From: a virus
Lineage: Duplodnaviria; Caudoviricetes
Direction: 5' to 3' (one strand)
DNA: 64,000 nt
Virus record (IMG/VR): IMGVR_UViG_3300031760_000044
Span: 5,220 to 69,219 of that record
Part shown: piece after piece, positions 7,363 to 16,930 of the stretch
Position numbering within the stretch: position 1 is the stretch's first letter
Layout of the letters: every line of letters begins with the position of its first letter
The notes under the pieces: generated by a model
Told to the model about the DNA's origin: nothing
What the model saw: the letters and a program-made list of their open reading frames with translations, nothing else
Databases searched by the model: none
Program-made: the position numbers and the translations under genes

Positions 7363-10141
7363 TCAATTTAACACATTTTTTGAAAAGCATTTGAGTAATA
7401 CTTCGGGGTTTACCTCATATAAAACCCTTAATAAGATCGCTCTATTCTTATTTAGTTTACTTTTTAACCCAGCCGTCTGCTGTTCAAGTTGTGGTGTCAT
7501 CCTAAATGCCCTATCAAGTAGCCAACTAAATAACCCAACATACTTACTAGGCATTGCGATACGCCTTATATCGTCAACGAGTTGATCAAAGTCTTCCCTT
7601 AACAAGAGGAAGTTATCTGAATTATTCTCGCTATCTTCTTTTTCTATTCTGCTATCTAGCAATTCCAGTTGATACTTCTGTATAAGATTTTCAACATTGC
7701 GCGACATCTTCTTTGTCATATCTAATGGATACTTCTGGAAAAAGTCTACCGTTGGCACAGTCTCAGTTGTGGGCTTGTAGGATTCAAACTCCATTTTGTA
7801 TAGCCGACACATAGGAGAGTCGAGCTTAAAATTTATTCTGTTTGTTGGGAAGCCCTTTCTAATCTGTTGCCAAAACGGAGGATACTTCGTTTCCTTTATA
7901 TTCATATCATCGCGTATGCGCTTTATTTCATTTGTAATGTCTATAGAGAACGTACGTTTGCTACTATCTATAGCCGCCTGAGCAAGCACCGCCAGTATGC
8001 AAGCATAGTCTTTGAACTTTTGATCTTTAAAATTATATGTATAGGTTAGGCACACCTGAGCAAGATTACTTGACTCCCCGATATTCCTTTGGCTCGCACT
8101 TAAGGCATTATCCATGGCTGCAAAAGATGCGGGGTCTGAATCGTATTTCTTTTTACTCTTAGGTATATTGTTTACTATTGTCGGATAAACCTTATAGCAA
8201 TACTTGGCATGTTCGACAATTGCGGGAGCGTTAGTTGTGTATATTGAATCTGCATTTTGTTACCGTATCAGCTCTTTATCCGATACTTCTTATAGTTTCC
8301 TATAAGTTCTGACTATCTCTTAACCTCCAACTTTACTTGCTGAGGTTCCTCGCGCTCGTGGGATTGCGTCCTAGTCGATACACCTTTCCTTATGGACTTG
8401 GCTCGGATGTTAGCCTGACATTTCTGTTTTAGCGTTCACCGAATTCACGAGGTATTTTTTACGCACATTTCTGTACGCTGACCCATTCTCTTAAGTCTTG
8501 ATCGCTACCGTTGTTCCTATCGCAGAAACTTGTTCCTTGTAGGTTGACGGCTATACACAACTTGCCTAATCTAAAATACTTTTTAATCAGTGGATGTAAA
8601 TGGTTATGCAGATATCCCAAATTGTTTTGCGAATTAAAAGGATTTCTAAACTCTGCCAGATATTCTCCGTCCTCAAATCTCTCCGAGTAACATTGAATTG
8701 CATCTTCCTCCCCATCAAAAGTGCAATCTTTGCCCACATCTTCTCCGACAGAGTGCAAGAGCATTGCATATGGACTTCCGCATATTACCAGATTATCAGC
8801 ATTCTGAAGAAGCTTACCAGTTTTTACGCTTGTAGTATAATCATATATAATCTTCTTTTTGCGTTCTCTGAAATACTCACTCTGTTCAAAGCTATGATCT
8901 TGAGTCCATATCGCCAGCAATGCTTCGTAGTCATTTGAAAAGTTGGCATTCCTTTTTAGAAAGTCAAGGAATGTATTTGTGTCCGTCTTTAATGCTTTCA
9001 CATAATCTCTGGTTGGAGCGGCCACCTCTTCCACAAAATCGTTGTTAAGTGCATTTACCATTTGATAAGACATTCTTTGGTAATCACCAAACTTACTGGG
9101 ATGTGCCGTCTTGACTACGCCAAACATCGATCCATTCTCGCGCACCTTCTCACACCACTTCTCGTAAGGATAATCATATTTAATCCACTTACAAGCATTA
9201 TTAGTGGTAATCACCTTTACATTCTTGGCCAAGTGTTTATTGCCCCACATATCCGTCAGATAAGCTGTATCATATTTCTGACCAAAATAATCTTTGAGAA
9301 AGCCTTGGATATCCGTAGCAAATGCCGCCGCCTTTGTAAAGTGATGACGGAGAAGCACATATCCATTAGTCCATTCAGGACATATAGACAAATCTATCAA
9401 TGCTTGTCCGTCAAACATGTCGCAGCCCAGCGTGTAGTCTTGGCGGTACACCGCCTTACATTGATTATTCTCAACCTCTACACTTACCACATTGGTCTTG
9501 AACTCCGACCTTACATCATTAAGTATTACAATATCTTCGGGGTTGATCTCTATCTTGCCCACAATGGTTGAAGTTACCAATGATGTATACGCCCCAAACT
9601 CCGTAATTGGTGCATCGTGCTTTGGAAGTTTGAGGCCCATGTAGAGGAAGTCATGAGCCTTTTTATATAAGCTTTGCTTTATGAACATACACGAACCAAC
9701 CTTAGCCTTACCAGCCGTGCGGTATAGGTATTTGTATTTCACATCGCCGTTCTTATAATGGATCGTAACTCCCTCTTGATAATACTTGAGGCGAATCTCG
9801 TCCGCACTCTTGCAGTCAAACTTATCTTTATTGGCCTCGCACTCAGCTTTGAGTGCCTTGAGATATTCATTGTTGGGATCCTCGGCCAACGCCACATCAA
9901 TGCGCGCCATTTCGTTATCAAATGTGCGGCTGCCGTAATTGAAGTTTAAGCATATCACATCACGGGTATACTTTTCATTCTTTGTGGTCAGCCCATTGGC
10001 TTTAAGAAAGTCAAGGAATAATGAATTGGTGAGCATTGCTGGCTTAGTATCGTACTTCTTTCTTACGCCGCAGTCAACTTCATAAATTGATCCTGCCTCG
10101 TAATTGTTGATCTTATAGCCGTAATTGCCCAACGGCATCAC
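7363..10141 (-). CDS. YonO-like single-subunit (RdRP-fold) DNA-dependent RNA polymerase; exons 10141-8494 and 8252-7363, 845 aa spliced
   Basis: Joining the exons gives ...RNNGSDQD-S-DSIYTTN..., restoring a DxDxD catalytic triad. Upstream motifs MFDGQ and LAEFRNPF are consistent with the double-psi barrel RNAP family of SPbeta YonO. Exon 2 is in frame with ORF 7363..8115. Confidence 0.85.
8253..8493 (-). ncRNA. Group I intron (IA-like, 241 nt, no internal ORF)
   Basis: The 5' exon ends in U (GACU) and pairs with GGUC in the intron (U.G wobble P1). The intron ends in G. Conserved elements P (GAAUUCGGUGAA), Q (AUCCGAGCC), R (GUAUCGACUAG) and S (AAGAGAUAGUC) are present, with P7 GACUA/UAGUC. 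Removal restores the reading frame. Confidence 0.9.
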
Positions 10142-10563
10142 CTCTCTTCGTCAAATTTAAACAATACATTTCTGCCCGCAGTGTTGATTACAAAAATTCC
10201 AAGTTCGGGATCACTTGCAAATGACATTGTGACGGGATCCTCACATCCCTTTGCTAATCTTCTAAATGCTTCGATCATGGTGTTCACGTCTTCCTCGAAA
10301 GATTCGTCGTCTTCGGGCTCCTCCTCTTCTTCTTCGTAAAGAGAGTCAATGTCGAGATAGATAACCGCGAACTCCTTGCTGACATGATCGACATCAATTA
10401 CGTCGCAGCCATACAGCACCTCGTCCACATCATCTGCTGCCGCATAATATTCAATGCAGTCATCAATCTCCATGTCGGACGCGAGCTCAACAATGTAATA
10501 ATTATCGCATCCAAGTTCCTTCATAGTGTCAATTAGTTTCATCTTTCTTCCTTTCTGGCTCAT
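10138..10563 (-). CDS. Hypothetical acidic protein
   Basis: 141-aa ORF whose stop overlaps the RNAP start (ATGA coupling). Confidence 0.6.
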   Translation of the reverse strand: MSQKGRKMKLIDTMKELGCDNYYIVELASDMEIDDCIEYYAAADDVDEVLYGCDVIDVDHVSKEFAVIYLDIDSLYEEEEEEPEDDESFEEDVNTMIEAFRRLAKGCEDPVTMSFASDPELGIFVINTAGRNVLFKFDEER

Positions 10564-10721
10564 AGCCCATATCTTTTATCCCTCCAGTTAATAATAAAAA
10601 CTGGTAGTGGTCATCACATACCGCATAATAGCGCATCGTCTTTATGTTAAACACATGTGTCGCCATTATACGCTTACCATTTAGTAAACACATTTCACAA
10701 CATATTTGTGGACGTTTCGCT

Positions 10722-10976
10722 TCAGCACTTAGGCTCCTCAGCAAAATGCTTGTCGGCGCATTTAACGCATACTCTATCACTGCTGCCTCCCATTCCAATG
10801 TCGCCAAGACTTATAATGGTATCGCCCCTACGTAAGATCTTGTGGCAGTAATAGCAGCGATCCTTTTCATCGCACTCCTTAAATGGGAAGCACTCTTTGT
10901 GGTAGTGATATCCCAGCGCCACATATCCCTTACCCGAAGGTACCGAATCTCCGCATAGCAGACATTTCCAAGCCAT
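10722..10976 (-). CDS. Small Cys/His-rich zinc-binding protein
   Basis: CxxC...HxxC and CxxC...CxxC pairs; RBS GGAGG upstream. Confidence 0.55.
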   Translation of the reverse strand: MAWKCLLCGDSVPSGKGYVALGYHYHKECFPFKECDEKDRCYYCHKILRRGDTIISLGDIGMGGSSDRVCVKCADKHFAEEPKC

Positions 10977-11174
10977 TTACTTTTCCTCCTCGCTTACAGC
11001 GTATATTGCATAATATTTTCCGCCCCTTGTAGTGAAGCGCATTACACCCAGAAACTTCGACAAATCACTTTCGGTAATATGAGTCTCCACATAACGTGAA
11101 GCATCGCACCAATTGTCTTGCTGTCTTGCCTTGAAATAATCTGAGTATGGTATTTCTATTGCCTTTTCAGTCAT
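10977..11174 (-). CDS. Hypothetical protein
   Basis: 65-aa ORF abutting its neighbours, with RBS. Confidence 0.5.
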   Translation of the reverse strand: MTEKAIEIPYSDYFKARQQDNWCDASRYVETHITESDLSKFLGVMRFTTRGGKYYAIYAVSEEEK

Positions 11175-11186
11175 TGTTTCTCCTTA

Positions 11187-11786
11187 TTACTTTCCAAAAT
11201 AATGAGCGCCATACTGAAATAAATGTTCAGATGCGCATCCGTTGTATCCCTGATTGCTGAAATATACCGCCCCCTGAGATCCGTCCCAGCCAGCCGACAC
11301 CATAAGCAGTGCTATCTCGGCCTCCTCGTCGGGCTCCCGCATGCCAGCCGTATAGTACTGACTGGGTGCGTATATTACATCGTGGATACTCTGCCCACTC
11401 TTTTCGCAACGGTTGAGCACCGTCAGCATCACAAGAGCCTTGCCCACAATTCCTTGGTTATCCGCCTCCGACATCGCGATCTCTTTAAGTTCGCGCTCCT
11501 CGTCAGGCGTCAGCTCTATCAGTGGGCCAGTGAATAACGCCATGGGATCTTCCAGTACCCAACGCGTATACTCCAGCTCCTCCAACAGTGCCACATTCTC
11601 TTCGCGGGCCATAGCCACTTCTGTCTCCAGATCGTCCGCTCGCTGTTGTGCCACTGCCAACTCTGTCTCAAGTTCGGCAATGCGGATCTCTTGCTGCTCG
11701 CACACTCTGCTCATCCGCAGCCATGCCATAAAGTAGAGCAACACAAGTTCAATCAACACGACAATTACTATTCGATTAAGTTTCAT
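11187..11786 (-). CDS. SleB-family cell wall hydrolase with N-terminal membrane anchor and coiled coil
   Basis: AMSEADNQGIVGKALVMLTVLNR...VIYAPSQYY is the hydrolase_2 pattern. Start reassigned to ATG 11786 behind GGAGG, downstream of the promoter at 11806-11834. Confidence 0.8.
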   Translation of the reverse strand: MKLNRIVIVVLIELVLLYFMAWLRMSRVCEQQEIRIAELETELAVAQQRADDLETEVAMAREENVALLEELEYTRWVLEDPMALFTGPLIELTPDEERELKEIAMSEADNQGIVGKALVMLTVLNRCEKSGQSIHDVIYAPSQYYTAGMREPDEEAEIALLMVSAGWDGSQGAVYFSNQGYNGCASEHLFQYGAHYFGK

Positions 11787-11805
11787 AAAAACCTCCTTCG
11801 CATTC

Positions 11806-11834
11806 ATAGTATCACAATTACGGGGCAATGTCAA
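11806..11834 (-). promoter_or_regulatory. Sigma-A-type promoter
   Basis: TTGACA-N17-TACTAT with TG extension. Confidence 0.7.
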
Positions 11835-12394
11835 GTCAAATAATAATAACTGGGCATATTTTTACGATGCGCTATACTAATAACTCCCAAATCTTTTAAT
11901 ATTCCATTATACTTTGTTAGCGACAATTCACTCATATTAAGTTTGTCGGCAAAGTATTGTCGGCTATACGAACACTTATTGTCTCTGCTCATATGAGCCG
12001 CCAACATTAAATAGTAGCGCAATACCCCCTGCCAGCTCTGTCCGCTCTGCATTATCTTTTGCACATCTTCATATATTAACATTCTGCCGCCATACGTTAA
12101 CTTCGTCAAGTCGTAATTAAAAGATCGCTGGCAGTCCACAACATACGATCCGTGTCCAACTGATGTGGCCACCAAATGTCCTCCCTCAATTAATGAGTCT
12201 ATGGCGCCGCCAACCTCTTCACGTTGCTTTTGGTTTGGCAACCGCCCCATCATATTAAAGTAGATTCCTTTATCTGTTAGCAGTATCTGATCGCGGTATA
12301 TAGTCCCTAAGTCCATGGCGGACAAAAGCACTCCCAGTTCTATGCCAGTCAGGGGCAACTGCAACAGCTCGCGATCAACAATTATTTTGCCCAT
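11831..12394 (-). CDS. HTH-containing protein, possible replication initiator or regulator
   Basis: C-terminal SRQYFADKLNMSELSLTKYNGILKDLGVI is winged-HTH-like; the gene lies next to the AT-rich repeat-flanked region. Confidence 0.45.
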   Translation of the reverse strand: MGKIIVDRELLQLPLTGIELGVLLSAMDLGTIYRDQILLTDKGIYFNMMGRLPNQKQREEVGGAIDSLIEGGHLVATSVGHGSYVVDCQRSFNYDLTKLTYGGRMLIYEDVQKIMQSGQSWQGVLRYYLMLAAHMSRDNKCSYSRQYFADKLNMSELSLTKYNGILKDLGVISIAHRKNMPSYYYLT

Positions 12395-12415
12395 AGCAGA
12401 ACTCCTTTCTGCTTT

Positions 12416-12444
12416 ACAATAACATATAAAATTCAGGAAGTCAA
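12416..12444 (-). promoter_or_regulatory. Sigma-A-type promoter of the leftward operon
   Basis: TTGACT-N17-TATTGT on the minus strand, followed by RBS AAAGGAG. Confidence 0.7.
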
Positions 12445-12652
12445 GTGATTGTAGTATTTTTTTAATACAATCGCATATAACTAATCAATACTACATATTA
12501 TTATCATTATTTATATATTAGTATTATTATTATATTACTATTACTATTACTATATAGTATATAATATAGTGTATATAATATATAGTATACATATATTATA
12601 TCTATTATGTAGAGTATGTAAGGGTATGGTGATTGTAGTATTTTTTTATACA
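12445..12652. repeat. Direct repeat GTGATTGTAGTATTTTTTT(A)ATACA flanking a very AT-rich, low-complexity tract
   Basis: Copies at 12445-12469 and 12629-12652; the interval is almost entirely A/T with (TAT/TAC)n runs. Confidence 0.75.
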
Positions 12653-13710
12653 CATCTTTATAAACTACCGCGCGTGGGGTTAGGGGGGGGGTGGTAACTA
12701 TAAGTTAAGTGCGGTGGTGTGTGGTGAAGTGGCGCATTTCACGTGGGTGTGTGGGTGAAAGACCTTATGCAAAATCGCAAAAAACCTAACAAAAATCCGC
12801 GTAAACTATGCCCCCGAACCCAGTATTCATGCGGGTTTCAAGAAAAAAGTTTTTTCGCACACACGCTTTTTTAGTTTATAATATAGGTATAAGTGAGTGG
12901 GAAGTACGGAACGGGTAAATTCTACCCTGACTACATTTTCCAAAAAGGGCATTTTCCACTCTTGCCCTACTTTCAGACAAGGTAGACTCTTTACTTTTTC
13001 TGATTCGGAAAATTGTCAGACCTGAATCATACCATTTTCTGAAACCCTAAGGTGCTTACCTTCTAACATTCAGAAGGGCCGACGAACAAAGTACTCGGCA
13101 CCAACAGTTCCTTGACAAGCTCCATCACATACCAGAAATCCTCGGAAGTCAACAAGGATACCAACTCAGACGGCTTAACCGCTGAGAAGGTCTTGTTGAT
13201 GGAAGTGGATGGAAGGCGGATGAACGCACTGTTTTGCGGAGGAGGTACCTACGAGGAACCGCCGACAGTAATGGTACAGTGAAACCATTCGGAGGTTGAT
13301 GAAACCGTGAAGGCTGTCATAGACAACCTTAGTAACATCCTTGCGATGATCCGATGTCAATATCGTGACTGGAGCGAGGATGATAACTGATGCTAAATCT
13401 GGTGATGATGCTGAGCGATCCTCGCTACTTGCTAACCTACAGATCAGACCTAAGGTCGAGTGATGATCTTTATCACAGTAGGATCATGTGGTATGTCCCA
13501 CATGGTTTCAAACCCGAAGCTCTGAAGCAGGATGTGATCTATCCTGAGCAAGTGGCACAATTTAATCAGGATCTGATTTTCAGATCTCCCTCGGGGGATA
13601 GCGTTCCTTTAGCGAGTCTTGTCTACGGTCTCAAAGGCCGGCGAGGGCTTTCGGATCAATAGTGATCCACAATGGCAATCATGCCGCATCCATAATAGGA
13701 GGAAAAACTT

Positions 13711-14145
13711 ATGGATAAAAATTTCATGCCCGTTCACACTTACCAGCTCAATCAGATCTACGCAGCTATCGATGCTGCACTTCAGACCAAAGCATTTTAT
13801 ATCGATGACTCTCCGTCTCTTGAGTACAGATCATGGAGCACCGATCTTGGTGCTGGCCCGATCCACATCACAATCTCAAGATGTCTTATAGCGACACTCA
13901 ATCTTCAGACACGTGTTAAGATCGAGGTTGATCATGAGAAGGCACTTGACACCTTCATCAAGAGTGACAAAGAGATTGACCAGATCCTCCAGATCGTTAG
14001 ATGTCTCAATCCTGAGCGGCTTAAGAATCTCAACGATGAGTTGCCTGATCTGATCGATGATACCGATTACCTCCTTGATGAGAGGTATAAATGGATCACT
14101 CCTGATTTCAGCGGACTTGAAGAATGTCCGTTTGATTTTGTATGA
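13711..14145 (+). CDS. Hypothetical protein within the GATC-dense segment
   Basis: RBS AGGAGG, 144 aa. Confidence 0.6.
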   Translation: MDKNFMPVHTYQLNQIYAAIDAALQTKAFYIDDSPSLEYRSWSTDLGAGPIHITISRCLIATLNLQTRVKIEVDHEKALDTFIKSDKEIDQILQIVRCLNPERLKNLNDELPDLIDDTDYLLDERYKWITPDFSGLEECPFDFV

Positions 14146-14152
14146 TTCACAG

Positions 14153-14221
14153 CGGATCATAGCTCAACGGTAGAGCGCGGTGCTTAGCACCGAGATGAGG
14201 GTTCAAATCCCTCTGATCTAT
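14153..14221 (+). ncRNA. tRNA-like RNA with a 5-nt anticodon loop (2 nt short)
   Basis: (C)GGATCA TA GCTC-AACGGTA-GAGC G CGGTG-CTTAG-CACCG AGAT GAGGG-TTCAAAT-CCCTC TGATCTA: perfect D and T arms, truncated anticodon loop. Confidence 0.7.
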
Positions 14222-16930
14222 TTCGTAGCAATAGTGCTACAACCTGACCAATATTGGTCGATTATCCATAGGAGGATAAAGTTATGAAGCGTATTGACGT
14301 TCTTGAGAGTATTGAGTACACTCTCAACACCATCGATGATGATGTTCATGTCAGAAGAAGCAACGAGGGTCAGGGTGCCAGACGTGCCTTGATTAACTGC
14401 AAGAAGTATCTGTTGATGTCCGACGATGATGATGAGTTGGTTGCTATGCTCAAAGGGGCAATTGTTGAGTGTAATCGTGATATTGTCAGATGCAAGGGCA
14501 AAGGTTTAATGGAGTATCTGAATGCTAAGAGGGGAGCTTATGTGGATACCCTTTTTAATGTCCTTAGACCTGAACCTGAACCTGAGCCGAGAAAAGATGA
14601 ACCGCAGTGGTATATGTTTGATGGTCGCAAGAAACTTTGGGCTGTTCCAGAGTCAGACAAAATCAGGATAGAGCTTGCTGGAAGGCTTGAAACTGATAAA
14701 GGTGTGTATGTGCATTTACATTTCATACCTTGGAACTAAGTATTATTTCCCTGATGCAATCCGTGAGTAAGCACGGCAACGGTTGATACAATCTGAACCG
14801 TGCTGAAAGCGGCAAGGGTAGTAACTATAAACACTCATATTTAAAGGAGGCATTTATGAAGGACGTTGTTTTTGATGTTGTACTTGAGAACGGTCATGTT
14901 TATCATGGTAAGCTGGTTGACTACAACCAGCACTGGAACGTATGGCTTACTGGCCAGATGGATGAGAGCTATAAGCTTCTCGAGAGCGGAACTGTACTCG
15001 ACGAGGACGACTACTATCAGCTCTGGTGTGGTCAGGATACCCTTGGCTTCTGGCATTACGGTGCCAGACAGCTTGAGGACAACATTGAACATGCAGCTGG
15101 GTACATGTGGTCAAGTAGGGCATCAATAATGAACAAGTATCTCCCGAGCCACATTGCCGACATAGTGGTCAACCAGATGGCTACAGCAGTATCTCTTGAG
15201 GATCTGAAGAGGATCCTTAAGGCAGCAGCAGTGGTACAGCCTGACCTTGCCATCGATGTTGAGCAGTGGCACGGCGAAACAAATTATCATATCGTGTCTC
15301 TTCTCAATGAAGAGCATGATGTGCATGAAGTATTAAAGGAGGACGAAGTATGAGAAAGGGAATTGTGATTATGGTAATTGTAATGGTAATGGGGTTTGTC
15401 CAGAAGGCAAACGCCGTTACCCAGTCACATCAGGAGATTAGTGGCGATAGCGTTAGAGCTATCGTCACTGACGTTGAAGGTGACGTAGTAGCCGTCGAGA
15501 TTTTCGACGGCAAGGGAATCGAGATCTACTCTTTCTATGGTGACAACTTCACCATAGGAGAAGAGATTACATTAATCATGGTCGATGACAAAATCGTCGG
15601 CGTAAAAAATTAATTGCGCAAAGCAGAAAGGAAAACAAAACTATGGAACAGATGGTACAGATTCAGAAGGATGCTGTCAAGGCGGTAAGAGATTTTATTT
15701 CTTACCAGAACTACAAGGATGGTGAGATGTACAAGTACTTCTCACCGATTACTGAGGAGATCATCAAGGTCTCCGAGACCGAGGAGTGCATCAATGCAAT
15801 CATGAAGCTCACCCTTGATTACAAGGGGAGCAATATTTTGAAGGATCTCAGATCTGTTTGTAACAGATTTGGAATCGATGGAGGTGAGGCTATTATGAAT
15901 GGTCTCCGCAGAGTTCTTAAAGAAAAGGAAATTACCTTCTGCGAGGAAACAGAAAGTAATGTTCTAGTGGCTATTGACTACGACAACGGTATAATCATCA
16001 CTCAGTACAGTAGTGATGTGTTACCTAGTAGCTTTGAACTATATGATACATCGTACAAGTTAATAGCCACCCAAGATTGTGCCAAGGATTCTAATCCTTG
16101 GCCCTTCGGGGGTTGGAACTCATGGGGAGCAATAGCGTAAGAAAGGAGAAAGAGAAATGAAAATTGCAATGTATCTTAATAGGATCGTGATGGCAATAGC
16201 TATCACACTGGGGCTGTTCTTCGGAATGGCCCTTGACTCAGAGGGTTGGTGGGCACCAAGAGGACTTGCCTGCAGTCTCTGCGTAATAATGATTACGGCA
16301 GTAATTAATGTGTATCTTAAGGAGGTAACAGAATGAAGGCTCGCAATGTAAAAGAAACCTATATGGAGAATCTTAAGGAGAAGATCCGTATCAAAGTAAG
16401 CGACACCGAGATCATGGTTGATGTATATGATTATATCGATTATGATAATGAAGCCGAGTTTCATCAGGAAAAGGAAACCGTAAGCTTCTTCGATGAGGGT
16501 GAAATTAGTGAAAAGATCACCGAAGAGGTCGAAGAGGCCGCGAGGGATCTTATGTTAGACTTCGAAACGAATGTTCCCGAAGAGAATATTCAGACCAAGG
16601 TAAATCAGATAGTGGAAACTATTGTATGCTTGTTCGAGAATAATATGACTAACAAGCTGAGTAACTACCTTGGTTGCTTGGCAATGGAAAGAGAATCATT
16701 ATATGACTAAAAGAAAGGAGAATAAATATGTATCTGTATCGTGTATATCGTGTTAGCTTTGGAAGGTCAATTTGTGTCGGAGAGTTCAAGACAAGAAAGG
16801 AGGCAGAATACGAACTTATCCGACTCAGAAAGATTGATACTGTGTCGTACTACACTATGTAAGCACTATGGTTGTGCTATCGACCATTAAACGGGCAAGT
16901 AACTATTAACCCAAAACGGAGGTAAACAAA

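Noticed and set aside
7363-10141. Two separate genes or a pseudogene (ORFs 8459..10141 and 7363..8115)
   Set aside because: Fully explained by a group I intron; splicing restores the frame and the catalytic motif.
12480-12610. Functional microsatellite or contingency locus in the (TAT/TAC)n tract
   Set aside because: No perfect repeat unit is long enough and it is not inside a gene or promoter spacer; treated as part of the AT-rich origin candidate.
12950-13389. Protein-coding gene in the purine-rich stretch before ORF 13390
   Set aside because: Open frames are short and lack an RBS-linked start; left unassigned.
14153-14221. Ochre suppressor tRNA implying a recoded genome
   Set aside because: The loop geometry is non-canonical, and long conserved genes (dnaE, helicase, iscS) are intact in the standard code with TAA, TAG and TGA all used as stops.
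14749-14818. Hammerhead ribozyme
   Set aside because: It has CTGATGC rather than CUGANGA, and no GAAA directly follows stem II.
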